NCBI RefSeq assembly: GCF_028641065.1
Contig: NC_073381.1
Span: 69,006,001 to 69,070,000, forward strand
Reading direction: 5' to 3'
Origin: Leucoraja erinacea
Taxonomy: Eukaryota
DNA length: 64,000 nt
The notes under the pieces are model-generated. The model did not search any database and had not been told where the DNA came from. It worked only from the letters and a program-made list of their open reading frames with translations. Position numbers and translations under genes: made by a program. Below, piece after piece: positions 24,772-36,439 of this stretch. How positions within the stretch are numbered: the first letter of the stretch is position 1; each line of letters opens with the position of its first letter.

Positions 24772-25300
24772 CAAACAATCTGCTGGAGGAACTGAACAGA
24801 TTGAACAGCTTCTGCGGGGAGAAAGGAATGGTCAACATTTTGGATTGAAACCCTATGTTAATCTCGATGCAGGGTTACAAACTGAAATGTTGACCTTTTC
24901 TTTCCACCTTCAGGGCGGCACAGTGACGCAGCGGTAGAGTTGCTGCCTTACAGCGCCAGAGACCCGAGTTGGTTCGATCCTGACTATGGGTGCTGTATGT
25001 AACGAGTTTGTACGTTCTCCCCATGCCCGTGTGGATTTTCCCTGGGTGCTCCAGTTTGCTCCCACATTCCAAAAATGTACTGCTTTGTAGGTTAATTGGC
25101 TTTGGTAAAGTTTGTAAATTGTCCCTAGTGTGTAGGAAAGTGCTAATGTACGGGGATCGCTGGATTCAGTTGGCTGAAGGGCCTGTTTCCACACTGTATC
25201 TCTAAACCAAATTAAACTAAGATGCTGCTCAACCTGCTAATTTCCTCCAGCAGGTTGTTTGTTGCTCTAGATTCCAGCAGCTGCAATCTCTTGTGTCTCT
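24772..25300. mobile_element. Degenerate PLE fold-back hosting a V-SINE
   Basis: caaacaatctgctggaggaact is mirrored by tttcctccagcaggttgtttg. Confidence 0.65.
24913..25220 (+). mobile_element. HE1-type V-SINE, full length
   Basis: gggcggcacagtgacgcagcggtag (A box), ggttcgatcc (B box), V-domain, and tail gtatctctaaaccaaattaaactaa. Confidence 0.92.
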
Positions 25301-25729
25301 CTTTAATATTGAATTCTCCTATCTCCTTGAATTTTACTATCAAAGAAGGATCAATTGACAGAAACTAGCTTGAGACAATTACAAAGGTTTGCCCAGAATA
25401 TAGAGGAGAAGAGCAGTGCTTTATTGAGGCAGCCATGAATGAATTAAGCCACATGATGCAAGTGAACTTATAACCTTCATTCACAAGAGACACTGGATTG
25501 CTCGTGACTCTTAAAGTCGGAACTTCTCTCAATTTTAATGCTGTTGGTTTATTTTAGATGGTTTTTTTAACAAATGTTAATAAATATATAGAAATAAATA
25601 CATAGCTTGCTAGAATAGTTTTACTGGTTTCCAATGGTTAGTAATAATTAGGCAAATACATTTTGCAGTATGGCAGGATATTTAAAGGCATAAGTAATTC
25701 TTGTTTGTACACTTTATAGGGGCTCTATA

Positions 25730-26228
25730 GGTTTAGATTTATTATTATCATGTGTACGGTGAAAAGTTTTGTTTTGCATGCTATCCAAACAGATCTAATA
25801 CATAAATACAATCAAATCGAACTCAAGTACAATAGATCTTCTTCTTATCGAGTCCACACACAAGATTAGAAGTAGTTCAGCCAGAGCTTCTTGTGCTTCT
25901 TGTGTCTGGTGGTGGAAAGATTGGTGGAAACAGGGCCGTGACGCGAACGCTCTTTCCTTGACCCCAAGTACAATAGAGAGAGCAAAGGGGAAGATAGAGT
26001 AGAAGTTACGATCACTGTCACATATAGCATTGTAAGGCACTGTGCCCTTTGATGGTTTCAACGATGATGATGAAGATACAGAGTGCAGAATATAGTTCTC
26101 AGCATTGAAGTGCATCAGTTCCATAAACAAAGTACAACATCCACAATGAGGTAGAGGTGAATCGGACGGTACATCTAGCTTATGGAATGACCAATCAAAA
26201 GCCTGATAGCAGAGGGAAGAAGCTTTCA
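25730..26228 (-). mobile_element. Rex1/Babar-type 3' UTR containing two small insertions
   Basis: ttattattatcatgtgtacggtgaaaagtttt tail. Ends at gcctgatagcagagggaagaagct. Confidence 0.65.
25837..25964 (-). mobile_element. 128-bp 5'-truncated non-LTR insertion with (AAG)n tail and 13-bp TSD
   Basis: CAAGTACAATAGA at 25824-25836 and 25965-25977. The minus strand ends gactcgataagaagaaga. Confidence 0.8.
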
Positions 26229-26329
26229 ATTTCTGTCTTGTTACTCCAGCATTTTGTGTCTATCTTCGATTTAAACCAGCATCTGCAATTCTTTCCCGCA
26301 CATTTTCCCCAAAGTCTATCACAAGAACA

Positions 26330-26606
26330 GATTAATAGGGATGAGAAGAAAAAAGACTTCAGGATGTACAAGCCTCCTTAAAATCTGTTGCAACAATCCC
26401 ACTGATTCCAGGGAGCGCTTGGCCTCTGACCTTTCATTTGGGATGGAATTGAATGTCTTGAGTCCATGCATTGCAAGTACATATGAATGAGTACACGGGA
26501 GGCCAGGGTGAAGGCAGCGGAAGCTGTGCAGCACCTCACAAACCATTCACCAATCTGTACTCCTGCCCCATCTGTAGAAGACTCTACAGTTCCCACATTG
26601 GCCACC
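26330..26606 (+). mobile_element. Degenerate RTE-clade LINE 3' fragment
   Basis: tcctgccccatctgtagaagactctacagttcccacattggc translates as SCPICRRLYSSHIG, resembling the RTE C-terminal zinc finger. Confidence 0.5.
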
Positions 26607-26608
26607 TA

Positions 26609-27292
26609 AGGGCCTGTCCCACCGCGGGGATCTAACTTGCGAGTTTAGAAGAGTTTGTGCTCGACTCAAACTCGCAGCATGGGCGCCACGTGGTCCTAAG
26701 AGGTCCATGTAACTCTCCTTCATGCTTGAGAGAAGTTCCCACATACTCGAGGCCTCAGTTTGGTCGAGGAGTATTATTTAGCATGCTGAAAATTGTCCAC
26801 GAGTAAAAATTGGTCGGCATGGAAAAAAATTGATTTTTTTTTCACTTGTAGGTTTAATCGAAGCAGGTCGTAATATTATTCATGTTATTCGTAAGTAATC
26901 AAAGGCAATTGAAGGTAATCAAAGCTAGTCAAAGGCAATCGAAGGTAGTCGAAGGTAATCGAAGGTAGTCGAAGGTAGTCGTAGATAGTGTTAGTATAGT
27001 TGAAGGTAATCGAAGGTGGTCATCTTTACTCTCCACTATTCAATGTCCAATTTTCCCGAAGCTAATCGAAACTAGTCATCAACATAGTCGAAGGAGGTCG
27101 AAGGAGATCGAAGGAGGTCTTCTACATAGTCGAAGGAGGTTTTCTATGTATTCATAGGAGGTTCTCTATATAGTCTAACGAGGTCATAGGAGATGTTCTA
27201 CTTCGGCGATACAACAAGATCATGAAACTTTTTAAAACTCTCCTAAACTCTTCTAAACTCGCAAATTAGGTCCCCGCAGTGGGACAGGCCCT
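26609..27292. mobile_element. PIF/Harbinger-like non-autonomous DNA transposon (684 bp)
   Basis: 48-bp TIRs beginning AGGGCCTGTCCCAC (3 mismatches between ends), flanked by CTA and TTA. Confidence 0.85.
26890..27190. repeat. Imperfect 10-bp tandem repeats (RTCGAAGGTA / GTCGAAGGAG) inside the MITE
   Basis: gaaggtagtc gaaggtaatc gaaggtagtc..., and gtcgaaggag gtcgaaggag atcgaaggag. Confidence 0.88.
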
Positions 27293-27309
27293 TTAGAATC
27301 TGAAGCAGT

Positions 27310-27795
27310 CAAGTCAAATTAAGTTTTTTAGTTATATGCACGTACGGTGAGGTATAGGTACGATGAAAAGTTTGCTAGTAGCAGCATCACAGGCGCATAG
27401 TCTCAGACAACACTCAAAACATAAATTATACGTAACTTATACAAGACACTGAAAAGAAAAAGACTGCAAAAGCAAGACATTAGTGCGAAATACAATTATA
27501 AAAAAACAGGTTCACAGTAGTCCAGAAGTGGCACGTCGTGTTTCGTAGCTGAGGTAGGATAAAGGGTTGTGCGGGTATTTTCAGGAAAATGATGGTTGCA
27601 GGAAAATAGCTATTCTTGAATAGGTGGTATGGGGCTTTATCCTTCTGTATCTCCTGCCTGATGTTAGCAGTGAAAATAGGGCATTGCAAGGTTGGTGAGG
27701 ATCCTTGAGGATAGATGCCGTCTTCTTGAAGCAGCACCTCATGTAGATGCTTTCGATGGTGAGGAGGGCTGTGCTCGTGATGGTCTGGGGTGAGC
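27310..27795 (-). mobile_element. Rex1/Babar-type LINE 3' fragment
   Basis: Minus-strand FKNSYFPATI, with a gtcaagtcaa tail. Confidence 0.7.
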
Positions 27796-28146
27796 ATGGT
27801 TGAAGCAGGGTCCTTCAATCCCAAGGTATTCCTAAAAAGTAAGAACCGTGTATAAACAGGGAAATATTGTGATTGATTCCACCAAATTGCTGGGATCTTT
27901 GGATGAGGTCAGTGCATGAAAAGTTAGCACTTCCATTTTCGTTCCTGTTTTTGGTGTGAGATTGGACTTCTCGGCTGGTCTGGCAAAGCTTTTAAAATAT
28001 ATGCAAGCTGAGTGTATTGAAGACAGGTACTGTTATACCACCTCTGGAATTCGACTCTTTGATACAAGTTTATACCAAATCAATGATAGGATCTTGAAAC
28101 AAATGGTCACGGTGAAAGCATTAACTGGGCATAGGTGAGCTGATGA

Positions 28147-28787
28147 CACAAAACAATTGCAGATGCTGGAATCTTGAGCAAAACACAAAGTGCTGGAGGA
28201 ACGAAACAGGTCAGGTGGCTTCTGGGAAGAGAACTCTTTACAAGAATGATCCCAGGAATGAGTAGGTTAGCATATGATTAGGGTTTGTTGGCACTGGGGC
28301 GGTACTCGCTGAAGTTTAGAAGAATGAGGGGGGACATCATTGAAACATACAGAATAGTGAAAGGGTTGGATATAGTGAATGTGGAGAGGATGTTTCCACT
28401 AGTTGGAGAGTCTAGGACTAGAGGTCATAGCCTCAGAATTAAAGGAAGTTCTTTTAGGAAGGAGATGAGGGAAATATTGTGCAGTCAGAGGGTGGTGAAT
28501 CTGTGGAATTATTTGCCACAGAAGGCTGTGGAAGCCATGCCAGTGGATATTTTTAAGACCGCGATAGATAGATTCTTGATTAGTACAGGTGTCAGAGGTC
28601 ATGGGGAAAAGGCAGGAGAATGGGGTTAGGAGGGAGAGATAGATCGGCATGATTGAATGGCAGAGTAGACTTGATGGGCCGAATGGCCTAATTCCTCATG
28701 ACCTTCTGGTCCCGACCTGAAATATTCTCTCCCCAGATGCTACCTGACCCCCCCCCCCCCCGAGTTCCTCCAGCACTTTGTGCTTTG
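28147..28787. mobile_element. PLE fold-back split by a CR1 fragment
   Basis: cacaaagtgctggaggaac is mirrored by gttcctccagcactttgtg. Confidence 0.7.
28237..28700 (+). mobile_element. CR1 3' fragment
   Basis: YSLKFRRMRGDIIETY...SQRVVNLWNYLPQKAVEA. Confidence 0.9.
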
Positions 28788-28899
28788 CATTGGTGAGCTG
28801 GTTATTGGTGAGAAAGTGGCCATCTCTCACTTTACTGTTCATCCGTTCAACCTTGGAGGGCAGTAGAAGAAAAGTCTAATCCTTTCCTCATCCATCGGC

Positions 28900-29050
28900 C
28901 AGCAGCTGAAACAACTGTCTGATTTTATTTCCCTCCGACCCAAGGTGGCTGAGGCCAAGTGCAGCGGCACAATTGCTCCCTTGTTTATATCATCTAATTC
29001 ACCATCAACAGGGGATCAAAACCAGGACTTACAGTCTGTTTGGATTAGTA
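28900..29050 (-). mobile_element. Ancient SINE relic (AmnSINE2-like)
   Basis: Minus strand gatcccctg...gaattagatgat...cacttggcctcagccaccttgggtcggagggaaataaaatcag, resembling the remembered consensus. Confidence 0.45.
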
Positions 29051-30457
29051 CTTGTGAGTTTATTTTGATGGAGCTACTTACATGTCACCTCAGATGTAAT
29101 ACTTATGACTTTCCTTTGGATCTGAAGGCTGCAATCTACTCAGTGCAGAATAACGATCAATACATCCACAAGTGTGGTAGTCTGGGGAAATCCTGATGGA
29201 CAAGCTGACAATTTCTGTCTTCAGGCATTGTTATTGCATCTTGTAGGAAGGTTTCCCCTATCTGTTACATACTGGATTCTCGATGTGTTTATCACTGAAA
29301 ACGTTTACAATTTTACTCCAAATTGCATGCAGACTGCATTTTTCTCTGTGTGGGGAAAACAAATACTTTAACAATGGCTCATATTTTCATTGATTTATCA
29401 CGTACAAAAAAAAACCCCTTCATGCCATTTGCAGACATTCATCTTATTTCACTGTTAGCTCAGGAATTCCACTTATGGTGGTTGAAATGTACTGTATGTT
29501 GTCTGCTGGAAAGCAAGTTATTTGTGTGTTGCTTGTGTGGCCTAAGAAAATCAATTGCAGCAATTCCTTTATTAAAATAAATATTATCTGCTATTCCTGG
29601 GTAATATATTGAGCTGGTGCCCTCAGTAGCTGTTGGTATTTATAGAATATAAATTGATCTGTCAACATTTTCACCACAATTTGTGTTACATACAATATCA
29701 GGTTTTGATGGCATCAATCTGATACTAAATATCTCCCAATTCAAAAAAGACAAAAAAAGGCAATATTTAAAATTACAAAATAAGTGTTTAATTGTTTGCC
29801 ACAAAGGTGATAAAAATGAGTGACTGGCTTTGATCTGATGTTAAAGTACCGACTTTGTATGTAAGGATACTAACTGATAGTAAGTTCACCACAAACAATT
29901 TAGTCTCATTTCACTTTGTCTTGGTGTAAATGTTTTTCTTTTTCATGACAAATGTGTAATGACAATGCCGAACAGCAAAAGGGTTTGTGTTTTACCATGC
30001 CACTTTCTGAGTGTGCGTTAGATGTCTTTGTGTATGTTTGCAATAGACCTGAAGGTCTCCAGGTCAATTGGCAACATGAGTGCTTTATTGGATCCATTTA
30101 GCATTTCTCCAGGTTTCACTAACATATCAGCCATAAGCAAGAGCTTTAGCTGCTCCTTTCCAGATCACCTGCATGTAAATAGCTAAATAAGGAACATCTG
30201 GATAAAAAAAACAAGCAGCATTTATAATCCTGGCTCATCCATAAATAACAATGCCTTGGTTAAATGATTCAGGAGCAACTTCAACTTGTGTGGTATGCAT
30301 GGATTTGTAGACTGTTCATTGTCACTTTCTATTGTTATATGGGTAGGATTTAAAAATATATATTCAAAGGCACCAGTTGCACCCTAGTTAGCGTGCAACA
30401 TGCTGCACTGCTCACAGACCCTGTTGCTGCAATGTGACCAGCAATCCGGTAATGTCA

Positions 30458-30891
30458 CTTAGTTTTTAGTTTAGTTTTAGTTTAGAGATACAGCTCGGAA
30501 ACAAGCTCTTCGGCCCACCGAGTCCATGTTGACCAGCGATCCCCGCACACTAACTAGGATAGCGTAAGTGTGGGGGGATGGCTGGTCAGCGCGTACTCAG
30601 TGGGGCAAAAGTCCTGTTTTTGCGCTGTATCTCTAAACTAAACTAAACTAAACACACTATACTTACACACACTAGGGACCATTTACAATTTTACTAAAGC
30701 CAATTAACCTGCAAACCTGCAAGTCTTTGGTGTGTGGGAGGAAATCGGAGCACCCGGAAAAATCCCAGGCGGAAACAGGGAGAACGTACCAACCACGTAC
30801 AGACAGTGCCCCTAGTCAGGATCGAACCCGGGTCTCTGGCGCTGCAAGGCAGCAACTCTACTGCTGCATCACTGTGCACAGTGCCACCATG
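30458..30891 (-). mobile_element. HE1-type V-SINE containing an inverted extra tail (~30556-30652)
   Basis: A minus-strand tail, then the plus-strand tail taggatagcg...gtatctctaaactaaactaaactaa, then the minus-strand body resumes at acactatacttacacacactaggg. Confidence 0.85.
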
Positions 30892-31288
30892 CCTACTCCC
30901 ACCACTGCAGATTTCTTATTTTAATGCCAAAGCTATTTAGGGTGAAGACAATAAGATCTAAAGCAGTTCTAAATTTTTTTTTGAACTATTGGGTGCACTG
31001 TCTGATGAAGTGTGAACAGCATTCAGCAGCATGAACTGATAATTCTGCCTGCAGAAATGGAACCAGTTCCCAAATATCTAACATGGTGACAACTTAATCT
31101 CGCTTCTGATATGGATTCTGAAATAAAGGCACAATATAAATGCAAATTATTGTATTGCCGAATGTCTGTTTATGTGGTGGTTAAATGGTAGAGGAATTGT
31201 TATTTTACATCCAATGACCCACTGTTTCCCTGAATGGAATCAGTAGGAACCTATGTATCAATTCCTCCTGTTACTTCTCAGCAACGGT

Positions 31289-31730
31289 TGGGCAGCATAG
31301 TAGTGCAGGAGGTGGTGCTGCTGCCTCACAGCTCCAGTGACCTGGGTTTGATTTTGACCTTGATACGATATGATACGATAGAACTTTATTTATCCCAGGA
31401 GGGAAATTGATCTGCCAACGGTCATAAAAAACACAAAATACATGAACATGAAATTAAAGTGACGAGTGGAAAGGATTGGGGATNNNNNNNNNNNNNNNNN
31501 NNNNNNNNNNNNNNNNNNNNNNNNNNNNNNNNNNNNNNNNNNNNNNNNNNNNNNNNNNNNNNNNNNNNNNNNNNNNNNNNNNNNNNNNNNNNNNNNNNNN
31601 NNNNNNNNNNNNNNNNNTGCTATCTATGTAGACTTTGCACCTTCTCCCTCTATTTCCTCTGGATTTTCTGATTTCCACTCACATCGCCCAAAACATGCTG
31701 GTTAGAGTAATGGGCAACTTTAAATTATCC
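31289..31730 (+). mobile_element. Degenerate V-SINE interrupted by a Rex1-type tail (31362-31483, -) and an assembly gap
   Basis: Head gggcagcatagtagtgcag...gggtttgatt, then gatacgatagaactttatttatcccaggagggaaatt. The body resumes after the gap. Confidence 0.6.
31484..31617. other. Assembly gap
   Basis: N run. Confidence 1.
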
Positions 31731-31814
31731 TTACTGTGGCTGGATGGTGGGAGAATCAGGATAGTGTTCATTTACATGTCTGAGAAATAGGCTTCAGAGA
31801 AATAGTGAAATGGT

Positions 31815-32158
31815 GCCTTACCGAATACTGAAAGGCCTGGATAGAGTGAATGTGGAGGGAATATTTGGAGAGTCTGTGACCAGACGTCCCTTGAGAAAGG
31901 TGATGAGGAGGAATTTATTTAGTCAGAGGGCGGTGAATCTGTGGAATTAATTGCCGTAGACGCCTGTGGAGGCTAAGTAAATGGATATTTTTAAGGCCGA
32001 GGTTGACCGATTCTAGATTAGTACGGATGTCAGGGGTTATGGGGAGAAGGCAGTAGAATGGGGTTGAGAGGGAAAGATAGTTCAGCCATAATTGAACGGC
32101 AGTGTAGACTTGATGGGCTGACTGACCTAATCCTGCTCCTATAACATGAACGTATGAA
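31815..32158 (+). mobile_element. CR1 3' fragment (a V-SINE tail follows at ~32222-32320)
   Basis: agtcagagggcggtgaatctgtggaatt...gacttgatggg. Confidence 0.8.
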
Positions 32159-32771
32159 ATAGGTAAGGGGATGGGATTGATCTGATGACGGATATAGACG
32201 TTAATGCTTAGATGGCCTCCTGTGTGTAGGATAGTGTCAGAGTGTGGGGATTGCTGGTCGGTGTGGATTCGGTGGGCCGAAGGACCTGTTTCCGCACTGT
32301 ATCTCTAAACTAAACTAAATAAAACAAAAAAATTAGGGCAGGTAAACGAAAAGTTGTCTTTTTCTCTTATCATTGTTAAACTTTGTGCTTTTTTGGATAT
32401 TTACCCTAGATTTTCTGGAATCTTCATCTGTGATTAAAAAAAATCAAGGCCTAACCAATAAACATTTGTTTCAGAGTCTCTGGCGATGTGTTTTGTAAAA
32501 ACAGTACCTACATGTTTTGTGGGATAAATCTTAGTAAAACTCTCCAAATTTTATCCCACTGTCCATAGCTTCGACTGTATACGTGTTACAGTGACCAGAT
32601 AGTAACTATGTCTTCCCATGGCAATGCAATGTTTCTTGCAGCTTTTCTACAATATGCTTGGAATTCCATAATTCTTTTATGTATCGCAGTTGTATATTCT
32701 TAAGACCACAGCTGGTTACAGGTCTATTCATTCTGGATATTTTTGTATCATGAAAACATTGAGTATGATTT

Positions 32772-33073
32772 CAGTTTAGAGAAACAGTGTGGAAATATGC
32801 CCTTTGGCCCATCAAATCCACACTGACCAGCGATCACCCCGTACATTCGCATTATCCTACATAAACTGGGGACGATTTACAATTCACAGAAGCCAATTAA
32901 CCTACAGACCTGTACGCCTTTGGAATGTGGGAGGAAACCGGAGCACCCAGAAAACCCACGTAGTCACAGGGTGAACATATAAACACCATACCGACAGCAC
33001 CCATAGTCAGGATCGAATCTGGGTCTCTGGCACTGTAAGGCAGCAATTCTACCACTGTGCCACTGTGCCACCC
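32772..33073 (-). mobile_element. HE1-type V-SINE
   Basis: Head, V-domain and tail are all present. Confidence 0.9.
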
Positions 33074-36000
33074 TTCAGAGCATTACAATTGAAAATTGGT
33101 TATTTCCATTGTAGGAATTGCTTTGACAATTTCACTGTTAAAATTGGCACTCTGGAAGTTCTACAAGTTTTTTTGATAGTTATGATTTGAACTCGTGTTG
33201 TTGAAATGAGTTTGGTGTCAGATATGCCTGGAAAGCTGGCATGTACTATAAAGTACTCTTTTGGAATGTTGCTTGGTACAGAGGTCATGTTATTATGAAG
33301 CACATATGTCCACCAGTCTGGACAAAATGGCCTCTTTCTGTGCATTCTCTTTTCATGATTCCATGATTGGGCAGGGACGGAACAATCATGGTTTACTCAT
33401 ACTGCATCCTCAGCAGAATATAGCCCGGTACATGAGACTCCACCAATGTAGGCTTCCTTACTTATCTTCCCTCTCTTGGACTCTTCCCTGCAATCCTCTG
33501 CCCAACCCACCTAACCCTTGGTTCCAAACTTAACATACTTTACAGTGTAAATTCTACTGTGGCACAGAGCCAATGGGAAGTCCAGAGACATATGAAACAT
33601 CAGCCTTCAAACCAGGCAGTGGTGGTCCCAGGGTTAAAAGCAGCTCTGTACCTGCCATGCAATCTTCCATCAGCTTGTGCAGCCCCCCATCCTATAGCTC
33701 AATTTCTAGCCCCTTTTATTTCCCAGTGGCCGTATTAGCCCCCCTCCCACAGAAATACCCCGAATAATACAGCAACTTGTTCACCACTGTCAGAATTTGC
33801 TGGATTTGTGTTCCGACCTGCTGTGTGAAGCACAATAACTGGGATGGGGCCTGGCACAGCTTTATTGGTGCCAGGCCAATATCATTACATTTGGAAATAT
33901 ATATTTTATAGGATACTGATAATTCTGGTTTTAAAGTCTACCTGCTAAATGCTTATGCACATTCCATGGAAAAAAGATGTGCATAATTACAGTGTACAAC
34001 ATATTCTGTTCTTATGTTGTAACAATAATGAGGTAAGTCAATTATGCAACTCGTGCTAAGGTCCATTGCGAAAGCCAAACATTGATTGCATGCGTGAGTG
34101 CTGATGGAACAATTTGCGACACAGAACGCTATATTAAATGAAAAAAATTGACTAATTTTAATAAAGCAATGTGTAGAAAAGAAAGTGTATATTCTCCTTA
34201 ATTGTGTACGTTTGTTGAATTATACCCTGGTAATGCAAGGAGAACGTTTTGGATGATTTAAATTATTTCCAGATACACATACTATAAGTTGACCCAAAGT
34301 GGCAATGGTGCCAAAGGGCTCAGGGTAGCCAGGAGATGCAAAAACCCCTTGAGACTCTCTGGGAAATGAGGGTCAGTCACACCCCAAACGGTTTCACTGT
34401 AGAATAGATGTCAGCCTCACAACTGAATTAGAAAATACTTAATTATAACACATTGATAGACTCTATGCTCGGAGTTAATATTTCTGTCAAAATATAATGC
34501 AACCCGAGGCCACACTTTCTGCACATGATATTAGTGCGTCGGGAAATGCAGTAACAGAAAATACAAATATTGATGGAATTAAAGCATTTACTTCTTGACA
34601 CGCTGAAGAGATGGAAGCATCTGAACTGCTGAGAATGAGACACACACTATTTTTGCACGATGTATATCTGGCTAAGATAACAGTAAACCAATTTCATTTA
34701 GCGTGGCTGATGATTTTTATGGTACTTTGAGACTGGTGAATTTACGCCAGCTGAGCACTCCTCCGTTTCTTTGCTCTCTTGTTCCACACTGAGCTGGAGT
34801 GACCCTCTCACTGCTTCCCTGTGGGCTGAGATGTGATCTGCATAGAGAATCAAGCGGGTGTCAGTCATGTATGAATAGACTGTTACTGGGAAAGATTACG
34901 AGGAAGGACTTCATGTTGAGAGGTACCGTGTCCTCCCTTTGAGGAGGAGACAGAGTCTGGGGCATAATTACTGGGAATATATGCACGACAGGTGATCAGC
35001 CTCCTCAACCCTCGCATGAGGTTTAATATCAGTATAAAAAGATGTTTAAGAACACAATGCCTTCATTTGTTTTTATCGTATCACGTCCAGTACTTGTTAT
35101 GCTTTAGCTAATGAAGGAAGCAATCAGTTACTGCACTGAAAGGCAATAGCAATTTAAATACACAGAAGTCATATGTAACAATAGTGGACAGCCTTGCGGT
35201 GAATTTTGGTTTATTCTGTGCAACATGTCACCCCCTCTGCTTTATTGCCTCAGACCCGGGGTTAAGCTCTGAAGCACATCTGTCATTATATTTCATCCTA
35301 ATTACTCACCCCAGCCATGAAATGGGCATTGTCATCTGGGAAAAGGCTTTTTTCCAGACACACATTATCAGATTTGCAAACTGAGTACAGCCCAACAACA
35401 TGATGGCTGGTGCAGTGACATTGTCATATTGCAATGCCATCTGCTGCAGACATTTTGTTTTGTATTTTCGTTTATTCAAAATTTAAATTAAATTAAAATT
35501 AAATGTGCAAACTGCATTGCATTGGGTCCTGCAATATGATGGTATTTAATATGAATTTTCAGAGGACATTATTGGAGAAGTTGCATACAGCTAATAATTC
35601 ATTGATGCAACATTGATTTCCATTTAGCAATATTTTTAGTAGTTTTACATGTAAGTTTGGGAAGTAATATTCATCTTGTACTAACAGCCAGTGCAACCCT
35701 TTTTAAAGAAGATCATATGTGATAAGCATGAGCATTATTTTTGTCTGCTGCATTGCACCAAACACTGTACAAAAGTTATGAAAAAAAATGATCTATTTAG
35801 TGTTTTACAGTTGTTAAATTGCATCAAGTTTTTAAATTGCACCATTGCAATAAAAGTGGTCATTTGCATTTACACCTTGTAGTCTAATGCAAAAAAATGT
35901 ATGGACTTGACCCAAATCTATGGCGATTGACTTGTGGTATTGAGTATTGCACAGTAATTGCCACCTCCTTTCTGTACATTATTTGTTAAAGCATCATTGT

Positions 36001-36439
36001 CTGAATCATTAGTCCTGCCTAGAGTGAGTGTGAACATTTGAAATTATTTGGAATCATCTATTGTTTACGTGTAATCACATTAATGTTTATTTCTAATTAA
36101 AATTGCAACTGTGTACAAGAGCCTGTGGTGTTAATCTTGAATCACAAATCATCAAATGTATAAGATCAGACAATGAGTGTGAAATTATTTAGATATCATA
36201 AAATCAGAATGTAATTCCTTTCCTTTTTCTGACGTTTTTGTTCTTGACAATATACATTCCAGGGGTGGTTGAAGTGGTTTTTGGGTTCAAATCATGTATT
36301 GGGTTTGTGCCTGCTGATACAGAGATGTTGAGGGAAAGACCATCTCCTGTGATGGAGAGTGAAATTAGACTTAGCAACAGCGCACTGTGTGGCTGGTTAA
36401 TGATAACAGAACATTTAAAAAATGTGAACCTTTATAAAC

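Noticed and set aside
24913-24990. tRNA gene
   Set aside because: The A and B boxes run into the V-SINE body and tail, so this is a SINE head, as are the other copies.
26890-27190. CRISPR-like or satellite array
   Set aside because: Contiguous 10-bp units with no unique spacers, inside a TIR element in eukaryotic DNA.
31454-31705. ORFs spanning N runs (also at 48.1-48.5 kb and 49.3-49.7 kb)
   Set aside because: Artefacts of assembly gaps.
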